A DNA stretch of 44,228 bases from Pseudomonadota bacterium (GTDB lineage Bacteria > Desulfobacterota > Syntrophia > Syntrophales > UBA5619), in contig JAHJQP010000020.1 of assembly GCA_018819165.1 (NCBI GenBank), positions 1-44,228 on the forward strand, read 5' to 3'. This document shows, one piece after another, positions 4,659 to 13,893 of the stretch. Each line of letters starts with the position of its first letter. Positions within the stretch are counted from its first letter, which is position 1. Under the pieces are notes generated by a model. It had not been told where the DNA came from, ran no database searches, and saw only the letters and a program-made list of their open reading frames with translations. The position numbers and the translations under genes are program-made.

Positions 4659-6278
4659 TCAACTCTCCGCTGATTTCCTCTCCAGGATCGTAATGGCAAA
4701 ATCCGGGCAGATATAGAGGCACCGCAGGCAGCCGACGCATTTATCCGTATTCACGGCAACGGCCGGTTTGTAGCCGCCGGGGTTGAAATCCTCGGATTGT
4801 TTGAAGATGTCGAGGCTGCACACCTCCCGGCAGTAGCCGCAGTCCTTGCAGATGAGATCGTTGACCGCCACTTCGAATTCGCGGAGATCGCAGGAGAGGC
4901 AGCGGAATGCTTCCGCCGCGGCTGCTTTTCTCTCATAGGCCAGCTCTATGGGATCGAAGGTGACGCGCCGCCTCTTCAGGGCAATTTTTCGGACGTCCGG
5001 TCGCGTTGTCCCTCGCGGCGCGGTCTCCGGCAGCGCCGGATTTTCATCTTCCGACAGAGCCTCCGGGATGACCCCCGTGCCGCCTAAAAACCGGTCGATG
5101 GATGCGCAAGCCAGTCTCCCCTGGGCGATGGCCTCGATGATGGTCGAGGGACCGGTCACGGCATCTCCCCCGGCAAAGACTCCCTTCTTCAGAGTGGCCA
5201 GATTGCCCTTATCCACATGCACCGTCCCGTTTCTTAGCCCTTCCAGATTTACGGAAGCGGCATCCGCGGACTGACCGATCGCCATGATCAGGGTGTCAAA
5301 GCTCAAAGCATACTCGCTGCCGGCGACGGGAACAGGCGCCGGTCTGCCGGTTGCATCGGCATCCCCCAGTTTCATACGGATGCAGGTCGCCTGATCTTCT
5401 CCGATCTTCACGGGCGCCGTCAGATACTCGATTCGTACGCCTTCCTCAACGGCCTCGACGATCTCCTCGCCGCTGGCCGGCATTTCCGAGCGGGTCCTGC
5501 GATAGACCTGGACCACCTCCGCACCAAGACGGATCGATGCCCGGGCCGCATCGACGGCCGTATTGCCGCCTCCCACCACGATCACCTTCCTGCCGATGGC
5601 CGGTGTTTTTCCTTCATTGACCTGTCTTAGAAAAGAGATGCCGTCGATGACTTTCGGCGAATCCTCGCCCGGGATTCCCATCCTGGCCGGCTTCCAGGCG
5701 CCCGTCGCCGCCAGAACCGCATCAAAGCCCTTTTCCCGCAAGGCTTCCGCCGAGGAGACCGGCGTGCCCTCAACCAGATCGACCCCGCCCTCCCGGATCA
5801 ACGCGATCTCCCGGTCCACGATCTCCTCGGGCAGGCGATACTCGGGAATGCCGTAACGCAGCATGCCGCCGGGCAGGGAGAGCGCTTCATAAACGGTGAC
5901 ACTGTGCCCCAGGACGTTCAGATAGTGGGCGGCCGTCAAGCCGCAGGGACCGGAACCGATGACGGCAACCTTCTTTCCCGTAGGCGGCCGTTTGAAGATC
6001 ACCGCCGGTTTCCGCCCGCCCTTCTCCGCGGCAACCCTTTTGAGCATCCGAATGGCGACGGCTTCATCAAACTGGATCCTCGCGCATTTTGCCTCGCAGG
6101 GATGGACGCAAGCGCAGCCGCAGACAAAGGGAAACGGTATCCGCTCCCGGATGACGGCCAGTGCCTTTTCAAAGCGTCCGTCCCTGATATGCCTGATATA
6201 CCGGGGGACATCAATGCCCGCCGGACAAGCCTCCTGGCATGGGGCTGTCGACTTCTTCCTGCACTGAATGGCTCCCAC
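4659..6278 (-). CDS. GltD-like NAD(P)H-dependent FAD oxidoreductase fused to a C-terminal 2x[4Fe-4S] ferredoxin domain
   Basis: N-terminal Cys cluster CRKKSTAPCQEACP. Dinucleotide folds VAVIGSGPCGLTAA and VIVVGGGNTAVDAA. C-terminal CKDCGYCREVC and CVGCLRCLYICP. GTG start with a GGAAAGGAAAG RBS. Confidence 0.85.
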   Translation of the reverse strand: MGAIQCRKKSTAPCQEACPAGIDVPRYIRHIRDGRFEKALAVIRERIPFPFVCGCACVHPCEAKCARIQFDEAVAIRMLKRVAAEKGGRKPAVIFKRPPTGKKVAVIGSGPCGLTAAHYLNVLGHSVTVYEALSLPGGMLRYGIPEYRLPEEIVDREIALIREGGVDLVEGTPVSSAEALREKGFDAVLAATGAWKPARMGIPGEDSPKVIDGISFLRQVNEGKTPAIGRKVIVVGGGNTAVDAARASIRLGAEVVQVYRRTRSEMPASGEEIVEAVEEGVRIEYLTAPVKIGEDQATCIRMKLGDADATGRPAPVPVAGSEYALSFDTLIMAIGQSADAASVNLEGLRNGTVHVDKGNLATLKKGVFAGGDAVTGPSTIIEAIAQGRLACASIDRFLGGTGVIPEALSEDENPALPETAPRGTTRPDVRKIALKRRRVTFDPIELAYERKAAAAEAFRCLSCDLREFEVAVNDLICKDCGYCREVCSLDIFKQSEDFNPGGYKPAVAVNTDKCVGCLRCLYICPDFAITILERKSAES

Positions 6279-6422
6279 GTTTGCTTTCCTTTCCGAACGA
6301 TGCCTTCAATTCCGCTATATGAAGTTCATCCCGGCAGGATCTGCAGGGATGAATTTCTTCGGAGGTTTCTTTTTCCTGCACCCTGACACGGTGCATGAAT
6401 CCGGCCCGGATTCATCGCTGCT

Positions 6423-6962
6423 CTATGGGCGCATGATGAGTTCCACGCCCCTCTGCAGCGCCTTCAGATTCAGCTCCCCGGCGTTTCCCTGGAAACGCTT
6501 CCGGATCACGCTGGCCAGGCTTTCCGTCTTCACCATCCGGCCCGCGGCCGACAGGGCCCCCAGGGCAAGGATGTTGACGGCGGCGGTGTTCCCGAGGTCA
6601 CTGGCCATTTTCGTAAAGGGATAACCGGTCAGGTTTGCCCCCGCTCTGGCCTTCGCCAGCGTAGTATCATAAAAGACGGGCGCCCCTTTTTCCGCCCAGG
6701 CCGCGTATTTTTCCAGGGCCTCCTCGGTCAGCGCCAGGATGATATCCGGTTTCTGGACCTGCTGGTAGATGATCTCCTCCTGATCGATGATCACCTCCGC
6801 CAGGGATAGACCGCCACGGCTGGCAATGCCGTAGGACTGAGTCTGGACAACAACTTTACCTTCCAACATCGCCGCTTCGCCAAGCATGATGCCGGCAAGC
6901 ACCAGTCCCTGCCCGCCGGATCCGGCCAGGATGACCTCATATCTCTCTTTCTTTTCATTCAT
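6423..6962 (-). CDS. 2-oxoacid:ferredoxin oxidoreductase, gamma subunit
   Basis: YEVILAGSGGQGLVLAG...QSYGIASRGG pattern. ATG 6962 lies 14 nt after the beta-subunit stop. Confidence 0.85.
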   Translation of the reverse strand: MNEKKERYEVILAGSGGQGLVLAGIMLGEAAMLEGKVVVQTQSYGIASRGGLSLAEVIIDQEEIIYQQVQKPDIILALTEEALEKYAAWAEKGAPVFYDTTLAKARAGANLTGYPFTKMASDLGNTAAVNILALGALSAAGRMVKTESLASVIRKRFQGNAGELNLKALQRGVELIMRP

Positions 6963-6975
6963 CTCGTTTCGGACC

Positions 6976-7809
6976 TTACTCGGCCTTTTGGGCCATCGCC
7001 CTGACCCGGATCTCTTCATATCTCGTATTGAAATCCGGGGCATCCCGGTCCACCAGTTTCCCGATGGCGAAATGGTTTTTTTGCTCCTCGGCGCTCAATT
7101 TTCTGTACCGCTTCACGGGCAGGCCCCTTTCTTTGAACCAGTCGAGCATCTCCCGGGTCTCTTTCATTTCGTTGTTCTTGCCGAAGTGGGTGGGGCAGGG
7201 ACTGAAAACTTCTACAAGAGAAAATCCTTTTTTGTTCAGGGCTTCCTTGATGAGTTCCTTGAGTTCCCATCCGTGGTAGGGAGTCTCCCTGGCCACGTAA
7301 TTGGCGCCGGCGACTTCAGCCAGGGCGCAGATATCGAAACCGCGCTCCGGGTTTCCCCAGGCTGTGGTGCTGGTAAAACTTCCGCCAGGCGTGGTGCCCG
7401 AGACCTGCCCGCCCGTCATGCCGTAATTGAAATTGTTGATGACGATGGCCGTCAGATCGATATTCCTTCTCGCGGCATGAATGAAGTGATTCCCGCCGAT
7501 GGTGACGCTGTCCCCGTCTCCCATCAGGACCACCACATGCAGCTTCGGATTGAATGCCTTGATCCCTGTCGCAAACGCCAAAGCGCGGCCGTGTGTTGTG
7601 TGCAGGGCATTCGTCAACAGGTAATCGTCGGACTTTCCCGTGCAGCCGATCCCCGTTACGACGACGGTATCGGCTTTCCTGTAATCGAGCTCCTCGAATG
7701 CCCGCAGCATGGCCCCCAGCATGACGCCGATCCCGCAACCAGAGCACCACATGTGCGGCAGCACCCCGTCTTTCAGATATTTTATGCCTGTCGCGTGTGA
7801 CAATCCCAA
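6976..7809 (-). CDS. 2-oxoacid:ferredoxin oxidoreductase, beta (TPP-binding) subunit
   Basis: Contains WCSGCGIG and the TPP motif GDGDSVTIGGNHFIHAARRNIDL...NNFNYGMTGGQ. Confidence 0.9.
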   Translation of the reverse strand: MGLSHATGIKYLKDGVLPHMWCSGCGIGVMLGAMLRAFEELDYRKADTVVVTGIGCTGKSDDYLLTNALHTTHGRALAFATGIKAFNPKLHVVVLMGDGDSVTIGGNHFIHAARRNIDLTAIVINNFNYGMTGGQVSGTTPGGSFTSTTAWGNPERGFDICALAEVAGANYVARETPYHGWELKELIKEALNKKGFSLVEVFSPCPTHFGKNNEMKETREMLDWFKERGLPVKRYRKLSAEEQKNHFAIGKLVDRDAPDFNTRYEEIRVRAMAQKAE

Positions 7810-7821
7810 CCCCCTCTGTTT

Positions 7822-8649
7822 TTATCTCACCAACCCGAGCATCTCCCTTGCCTCGGCAGGGGTGGCCGGCTCCCGACCGCACTCGCGGGCAATGCGGGCC
7901 AGACGGGCCACCAATTGAGCGTTGCTTTGGGCCAATTCGCCCCGCTTGTAGTATAGATTATCCTCCAGACCGGTGCGGGCGTGCCCGCCCATGGCGATGG
8001 CCAACATGTTCATAGGCAACTGGCGCCACCCCACCGCGCACACCGACCACAGCGACCCTGCGGGTATGCTATCTATTAAGTAGAGCAGGGAACGTGCCGT
8101 GGCGGGGGCCCCTCCCTTAACCCCCAGGACGAACTGCCACCACGGGGGCGGTTTGATCAGACCATTCTGTATAAGTGTCATGGCATTGCCAATCATTCCG
8201 CTATCAAACACTTCAATTTCCGGTTTGACGTTCGCTGCCAGCATGCGCCCGGCCAGTTCCTCCAGAAAGTCCGGCGGATTCAGAAAGACGCGTTCATTGA
8301 AGTTCATGGAGCCTGCATCCAGCGACCCCAATTCCGGCCCGGCAGCCAAGCTGTTGAAGCGCTCGCCCTCATCCACACGGCCGGCCCCGCCGCTTGTAGT
8401 GAAATTGATGAGAATATCGCATCCCTGGGCGCGGATCAGTTGCTTGACCCGCTGGAACCGCGACAGATCGCAGGTCATCTTTCCCGCCTCGTCCCGCACA
8501 TGGACGTGGACGACGGCTGCCCCTTCGCGCCAACTCTCCACCGCCGCCTGGGCAATCTCCTCGGGCGTGACGGGCAGTCCGGGGTTTTGCAGCTTAGACG
8601 GCCGACTGCCGGTCGTGGCTACCGATAGGATAATTTTGTCATTGTTCAT
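7822..8649 (-). CDS. BKACE family enzyme (3-keto-5-aminohexanoate cleavage-like, DUF849)
   Basis: Resembles Kce-type proteins along its full length, for example TPEEIAQAA...VVHVHVRD and ...SNAQLVARLARIARECGREPATPAEAREMLGL. Confidence 0.85.
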   Translation of the reverse strand: MNNDKIILSVATTGSRPSKLQNPGLPVTPEEIAQAAVESWREGAAVVHVHVRDEAGKMTCDLSRFQRVKQLIRAQGCDILINFTTSGGAGRVDEGERFNSLAAGPELGSLDAGSMNFNERVFLNPPDFLEELAGRMLAANVKPEIEVFDSGMIGNAMTLIQNGLIKPPPWWQFVLGVKGGAPATARSLLYLIDSIPAGSLWSVCAVGWRQLPMNMLAIAMGGHARTGLEDNLYYKRGELAQSNAQLVARLARIARECGREPATPAEAREMLGLVR

Positions 8650-8919
8650 GTGGTATTCCTTAATCTTGATAAGAACTTGTTTTGGGTGGTGTGAGTATAT
8701 GGAAATGGTTTTTGTGCGTCAATATAAATAAACCGCCGCCATTTCCCCATGCCTGACATGAGAGGAACGGAACCACAGATTGCGCAGATGATTGAGACAC
8801 ACCGATCTTGTGTTGAAGGGAAGCGATAAATCTGATAGACGTCCATATATGAACCAGAACGTTTCTTCAAGAGAACACTGCCGTTTGCGGGGAGGCTGCC
8901 CCGAAGGGGAAGCGACGGG

Positions 8920-9708
8920 ATGAGAGCGATCTTTATCTCCGACGCTCACCTGAAAGGCGCTGAAGATGGCGTCTGTAAAAAGCTCCTGCATTTTTTCGAC
9001 CATCTTCGGGATGGGGTCGTAACGGCCGGCAGGGGGGGAGGCGGAGCGACCGGGAACGGCGGACCGGTGAATCAACTCGTCATTGCGGGAGATTTATTCG
9101 ATTTCTGGTTTGCGAGAGGTGATGTGATCTATCCCGGTTTTCGACCGGTGGTGGAAAGGCTCGCACTTTTGCGGCGTTCGGGAATCAGGATCAGCTTGTG
9201 TGAAGGCAACCACGATTTCTTCCTCACAGACTATTTTTCGCAGAAACTGGGTATGGAGGTCTATCCGGAGTGGGCCGAGATCGATCTTGACGGCCTGCGG
9301 ATCCTCGTTTCGCACGGTGATACCGTGGACAGGGAAAATCGCCGCTACCTGGCGCTGCGGCGATTCCTGCATAGCCCCTTTTCCTTCCGGCTGCAGCGTG
9401 TGCTTCCGCTGGCGTTCCTCTGGCGGATCGCCCGGATCAGTTCGGAGATGAGCAAGGGGATATCCGGGGGCGCGCAGGATCGTCTAACAGAGGTCATGTA
9501 CCGTTTTTCCCTGGACAAATTTGAGGAAGGCTATGATGCCGTAATCCTGGGCCACTGTCACAAGCCGCTCATTCGTGAGGTGCAGCGCGGCGGCAGGCTC
9601 AGGACCTTCGCCACCCTGGGCGACTTGATTACCCATGATTCCTATCTGCTGTACGAAAACGGCCGCTTTACACTGAATCGCTTTTCGCCCGAGGGGCAGC
9701 ATGGATGA
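8920..9708 (+). CDS. lpxH: UDP-2,3-diacylglucosamine hydrolase (LpxH-type metallophosphoesterase)
   Basis: Motifs FISDAHL, AGDLFDFW and GNHDF. A Gly-rich insertion follows the first motif. Confidence 0.75.
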   Translation: MRAIFISDAHLKGAEDGVCKKLLHFFDHLRDGVVTAGRGGGGATGNGGPVNQLVIAGDLFDFWFARGDVIYPGFRPVVERLALLRRSGIRISLCEGNHDFFLTDYFSQKLGMEVYPEWAEIDLDGLRILVSHGDTVDRENRRYLALRRFLHSPFSFRLQRVLPLAFLWRIARISSEMSKGISGGAQDRLTEVMYRFSLDKFEEGYDAVILGHCHKPLIREVQRGGRLRTFATLGDLITHDSYLLYENGRFTLNRFSPEGQHG

Positions 9709-10174
9709 GAGATTCATCTGCGATCGCAATCTGGGAAAACTGGCAAAGTGGCTTAGGATCCTTGGCTATGACACCCTTTTTTACCGGGGGAATGCGGATC
9801 GGGATTTTCTCCGGAAAGCAGACCGGGAGGGGCGGATCGCCCTGACCAGGAAGAGGGATCTCGAACGCCGGCAACATGCTGGACGCCTCGTCGTGATCAA
9901 GGCCGATCGCGCAGACGCGCAGATCGGTGAAATCCTGGAGGTTCTGGCTCTGTCACCGGATCCGTTGAGAAGGATGAGCCGATGTCTGCGCTGCAACTCG
10001 ACGCTGGAGGAGGTTGCGAAGGAAGCTGTGGAAGGCATGGTTCCCGTCTATGTTTATGAAAACTGCATGCAATTTCACAGATGTTCCCTGTGCGGGGGAA
10101 TCTTCTGGCCGGGGACTCACCCCCGGCATGTCGAGGAGTATCTCAGGCGGCGCATTCCCTCTCGTCGCCCTTGA
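9701..10174 (+). CDS. Mut7-C RNase domain (DUF82) protein with a C-terminal zinc ribbon
   Basis: FICDRNLGKLAKWLRILGYDT N-terminus. CLRCN...CSLCG pair. Its start overlaps the lpxH end by 8 nt. Confidence 0.75.
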   Translation: MDERFICDRNLGKLAKWLRILGYDTLFYRGNADRDFLRKADREGRIALTRKRDLERRQHAGRLVVIKADRADAQIGEILEVLALSPDPLRRMSRCLRCNSTLEEVAKEAVEGMVPVYVYENCMQFHRCSLCGGIFWPGTHPRHVEEYLRRRIPSRRP

Positions 10175-10634
10175 TCTTTTCGATGGCGTGCGGGAGGGCG
10201 GGCAGGAGGACTTCAAGATTTTCCCGGGCCCCTTTCGGACTTCCGGGGAGGTTGATGATCAGGGTCCGGCCCCGGGTGCCGACCAGGGCGCGCGAGAGCA
10301 TCGCGTGAGGGGTAATGGCCGCGCTATGACTCCGCATGGCCTCCCCCATCCCAGGGATCTCCCGTTCAATGACCTCCCGGGTGGCCTCCGGTGTCACGTC
10401 CCTGTGGCTGACGCCGGTGCCGCCTGTCGTCAGGATCAGGTCCGCTTTCTCGCCCTCGCTCCACTCAAGAAGAACCCGGCGGATCATCTCCTTTTCGTCG
10501 GGCACAATCCGCCGAGCGACAATTTCCATCCCCAGCCCTTCGATCATTCCGGCGATTTCCGGACCGCTCTGATCCTCGCGTTCGCCGCGGGCGCCGCGGT
10601 CGCTGACGGTGATGATGACGGCCCTAAAACCCAC
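10143..10634 (-). CDS. mogA: Molybdenum cofactor biosynthesis protein MogA/MoaB family
   Basis: Contains VIITVSDRGARGEREDQSGP and LILTTGGTGVSHRDVTPEAT. GTG start in the context TAACGTG, directly after the EF-G stop. Confidence 0.8.
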   Translation of the reverse strand: MGFRAVIITVSDRGARGEREDQSGPEIAGMIEGLGMEIVARRIVPDEKEMIRRVLLEWSEGEKADLILTTGGTGVSHRDVTPEATREVIEREIPGMGEAMRSHSAAITPHAMLSRALVGTRGRTLIINLPGSPKGARENLEVLLPALPHAIEKIKGDERECAA

Positions 10635-10635
10635 G

Positions 10636-12717
10636 TTAATCCTCCGCTTCCCTCTTTGATTCGGCGATGATCTTCTCAGAGATGTAGGAGGGAACCTCCT
10701 CGTAATGGGAGTGTTCGCAGGTAAACGTTCCGCGTCCGCTCGTCATCGAACGGAGATCGGGGGCGTATTTCAGAATCTCGGCGAGGGGGACCTGTCCCTT
10801 GATGATCTGGTGGTGACCGATGGAATCCATCCCCAGGACCTTCCCGCGGCGGCTGTTCAGATCGCCGATGACGTCGCCCATGTACTCGTCGGGGATTTCG
10901 ATCATGATATTGACGATAGGTTCGATAAGGGTGGGCTGACATTCGAGGACCCCCTTTTTGAAACCGAGGGAGCCCGCGATTTTGAAGGCCATTTCGGACG
11001 AATCGACGGTATGATAGGAGCCGTCCACGAGGGAGACCCTGAGATCGACAACCGGATAACCCGCCAAAACGCCCTCCGCCATGGCCTCCACGATGCCCTT
11101 CTCCACGGCCGGCCGGTACTGCTGGGGAATAACGCCGCCTACGATCCTGTCAGCGAACTCAAAGCCGACTCCTCTCGGGAGCGGCTCGATCTCCAGCCAA
11201 GTATCACCGAACTGACCGCGGCCACCGGACTGTTTCTTGTAACGCCCCTGAACGGTGGTCTTTCCCTTGATCGTCTCCTTGTAGGGGACCTTCGGGGTCT
11301 TCAGATTCACCTCGAGACCGAATTTCCGTTTCATCTTTTCGATGGTTACCTCGATATGAACCTGTCCCAGGCCGGAGAGGATCATCTCCCTGGTCTGGTC
11401 ATCCCGGTGGAATGACAGGGTGGGATCCTCATCGGTCAGGCGGTGGATGGAGGAGACGATCTTGTCTTCATCGCCGCGTGTTTTCAGTTCCACGGCAAAG
11501 GAGATGATCGCCGGGGGCGGTTCGACCCTGGCAAAGACAATAGGAGTTTTTTCCGTGCAGAGGGTATCGCCGGTTGCCGTTTCCTTCAGTTTGGCGATGG
11601 CCGCGATGTCGCCGGGGATGAGGGTTTCAACCGGTTTCTGGGTTTTCCCCTCCAGGAAGAAGAGATTCCCGATCCGCTCGGTGGACTTCCGGGAGGCGTT
11701 GAAGACGCTGGAGTCGGAGCTGAGAGTGCCGGAATAGACACGGAAGAGGGTGAGACGCCCCGCATAGGGATCGGCTATGGTCTTGAAAACGAGGGCCGAA
11801 AACGGCGCCGACTCTTCCGGCATCCGGATTTCATCCTCTTCGCTTCCCGGCTTCTTTCCGGCTTTACCGCCTGGGTCGACTGGTGACGGGAAGTACTGCA
11901 CAATCGTGTCCAACAGGGATGATATCCCGATGTGTTTCGTAGCCGAACCGCAGGCGACGGGGGTCAGCAAGCCGGCCAACACCCCTTTCCGCAGACCCGC
12001 CTGCAGATCTTCGGCGCTCAGTTCGCCCCCTTCCAGGTATTTATTCATCAGCCCATCGTCCGTTTCGGCGATATCTTCCACCAGGATGTCCCGGCATTTC
12101 TTGACCTCCTCAGCCATATCGGCCGGAATATCGACCGATTTGGCCGCTTTCTTCTGGTTGTCGAAAACGAGGGCCTTCATGGCGATCAGATCCACCACCC
12201 CGGCAAAGGATTCCTCGGCGCCGATGGGAAGAGAGACGATCGTGATCTTCTCCCTCAGCCGCTTCCGGATGCTCTCCACCGCCTTGCCGAAATCGGCCCG
12301 TTCCCGATCCATTCGGCTGACGAACAGGAGGCGGGGAAGCTTGAATTCGTCGGCATATTCCCAGACTTGTTCAGTCTGAAATTCGACACCCCCGACGGCG
12401 TCGACGAGGACCACCGCTCCGTCCACTACCCGCAGAGAGCTTTTCGTGTCAAAGGTAAAATTGGAATCCCCGGGTGTGTCGATGAAGTTGATCCTGTGTT
12501 TTTCCCAGTCGATATTGTTTGTGGTGGCGCTGATGGAGATATGTCTCTTCTGCTCCTCCGGTTCATAGTCCATGCAGGAGCTTCCGTCATCAACCCGTCC
12601 GGGCCTGTCCGTTTTCCCGGCGACGTAGAGAAAGGATTCGCACAGAGAGGTCTTGCCGGTTCCTCCGTGTCCGATGATTGCGAGGTTTCTTATCGATTTA
12701 GATTCATATTTTGACAT
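10636..12717 (-). CDS. Elongation factor G paralog (EF-G-like GTPase)
   Basis: A 693-aa protein with full EF-G domain order. P-loop GHGGTGKTS, DTPG, and G4 reading SRMD instead of NKMD. GGAG RBS. Confidence 0.9.
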   Translation of the reverse strand: MSKYESKSIRNLAIIGHGGTGKTSLCESFLYVAGKTDRPGRVDDGSSCMDYEPEEQKRHISISATTNNIDWEKHRINFIDTPGDSNFTFDTKSSLRVVDGAVVLVDAVGGVEFQTEQVWEYADEFKLPRLLFVSRMDRERADFGKAVESIRKRLREKITIVSLPIGAEESFAGVVDLIAMKALVFDNQKKAAKSVDIPADMAEEVKKCRDILVEDIAETDDGLMNKYLEGGELSAEDLQAGLRKGVLAGLLTPVACGSATKHIGISSLLDTIVQYFPSPVDPGGKAGKKPGSEEDEIRMPEESAPFSALVFKTIADPYAGRLTLFRVYSGTLSSDSSVFNASRKSTERIGNLFFLEGKTQKPVETLIPGDIAAIAKLKETATGDTLCTEKTPIVFARVEPPPAIISFAVELKTRGDEDKIVSSIHRLTDEDPTLSFHRDDQTREMILSGLGQVHIEVTIEKMKRKFGLEVNLKTPKVPYKETIKGKTTVQGRYKKQSGGRGQFGDTWLEIEPLPRGVGFEFADRIVGGVIPQQYRPAVEKGIVEAMAEGVLAGYPVVDLRVSLVDGSYHTVDSSEMAFKIAGSLGFKKGVLECQPTLIEPIVNIMIEIPDEYMGDVIGDLNSRRGKVLGMDSIGHHQIIKGQVPLAEILKYAPDLRSMTSGRGTFTCEHSHYEEVPSYISEKIIAESKREAED

Positions 12718-12822
12718 GAAATCTCCTTTCTGAGCGCCCTGGACATGTGATTCTATGTGCCTGAGCTCTTTAGCTTAAGGGTCGCTTCAAAGTCAAGACA
12801 ATTTTGGGTGATAAAACGATGC

Positions 12823-12850
12823 TTGACTTTTGGGATGATTATGTTATTTT
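12823..12850 (+). promoter_or_regulatory. Candidate sigma70-type promoter for the M23 peptidase gene
   Basis: TTGACT (12823-12828), a 16-nt spacer, then TATTTT (12845-12850). Identified by pattern only. Confidence 0.3.
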
Positions 12851-12904
12851 GCGGCAAAATTTATGCCTTGGCAACCGGTGAAAAGATCTGGGATGGGGGT
12901 TTCA

Positions 12905-13810
12905 ATGCCGAAGAATTTCTATACCCTTCTGATTCTTCCGAGGAAACACAGTTCCGCAAAGAAAGTCAGCCTTTCCAGCACATTGGTAAAAGGCGTATGC
13001 ATATTTGTAATGGGCATCATACTTTTCATGATGTATTTCTCCTATGATTATATCCACATCCGCCGGGAGAAGGCCGAATTGAAGCGCCTGAAGCTGCAGA
13101 CCGTCGAACAGAGGGAGCAGATCGATGGACTGGTGGCCAAGGTTGACCTTTTTTCATCAAAAATGGAGGAGCTCAAGCAGTTCGACAAGAAGATCAGAAT
13201 CTTGGCCAATCTCGTCACAGGCCGCGGCAAGGAGCAGCTTCTCGGGGTCGGCGGTCCGGCAAGCGAGGAGAACAGAATACGCGCCAGGATTGCCGCTGAT
13301 GAAAGGGCGATGATCGCGGATGCCCACCGGCAGGTGTATAGCCTGATGAACGAGGCCGTTTCGCGCCAGAAGAGCTTTGCCTCTCTTCTGGCCCTTCTCA
13401 AGGAGAAGAAATCCATCATGGCGGCAACCCCTTCCCTGTGGCCCGTCAAGGGCTGGGTGACGTCCGAATTCGGTCGCCGGATATCCCCTTTCAGCGGCGA
13501 AGGGGAATTTCATAAGGGTCTGGATATCGCGACGGGATATGGACGGGCGGTCCAGGCGCCCGCCGATGGCGTGGTCGCGGAGGTGACTTACGATAATGAC
13601 GTGGGGCGGATGATTTTGATCGACCACGGTCACGGCCTTTCCACCATGTACGCCCATCTCTCCAAGGCGGCCGTGCGTCCCGGCGCCCCCGTCAGGAAAG
13701 GGGACCGCATCGGCTATGTGGGGAATACCGGCCGCAGCACGGGGGCCCATCTTCACTATACCGTGATGCTCAACGGCGTCGCTGTCAATCCGAGGAAGTA
13801 TTTGAATTAA
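12905..13810 (+). CDS. M23 family metallopeptidase
   Basis: Contains HKGLDIA and GNTGRSTGAHLHY. N-terminal membrane anchor and coiled coil. ATG 12905 is preferred (GGGGG lies upstream); the ORF is open from 12863. Confidence 0.85.
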   Translation: MPKNFYTLLILPRKHSSAKKVSLSSTLVKGVCIFVMGIILFMMYFSYDYIHIRREKAELKRLKLQTVEQREQIDGLVAKVDLFSSKMEELKQFDKKIRILANLVTGRGKEQLLGVGGPASEENRIRARIAADERAMIADAHRQVYSLMNEAVSRQKSFASLLALLKEKKSIMAATPSLWPVKGWVTSEFGRRISPFSGEGEFHKGLDIATGYGRAVQAPADGVVAEVTYDNDVGRMILIDHGHGLSTMYAHLSKAAVRPGAPVRKGDRIGYVGNTGRSTGAHLHYTVMLNGVAVNPRKYLN

Positions 13811-13858
13811 TCCCTTGTCGCTGGAGAGGGAGCATCAGCCATCTGAAGAACGAATCCG

Positions 13859-13882
13859 CCGGTCATGGTACCGGTTTTTTTT
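13859..13882 (+). terminator. Weak Rho-independent terminator after the M23 gene
   Basis: CCGGT-6 nt-ACCGG followed by T8 (13875-13882). Confidence 0.35.
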
Positions 13883-13893
13883 GAAGGAATTTT

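Noticed and set aside
3739-4716. A 325-aa plus-strand ORF spanning the rhuM/hsdS region, checked as a possible integron integrase at the position expected for intI.
   Set aside because: It is antisense to the clearly recognisable RhuM gene. Its sequence is Arg/Pro/Ser-rich and lacks any tyrosine-recombinase R..H..R..Y pattern. I treat it as a shadow ORF.
6211-6396. A 61-aa minus-strand ORF with a CRSC motif upstream of, and overlapping, the GltD-like gene. Considered as a frameshifted N-terminal extension.
   Set aside because: The GltD-like gene already has a complete N-terminal Cys motif and a strong RBS (GGAAAGGAAAG) before its GTG start at 6278. The small ORF is in another frame and has no recognisable similarity.
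8646-9075. Minus-strand ORFs of 74 aa and 118 aa in and around the BKACE-lpxH divergent intergenic region.
   Set aside because: They have no RBS and no recognisable motifs. The longer one overlaps the lpxH 5' end in antisense. The region is better explained as a divergent promoter region.
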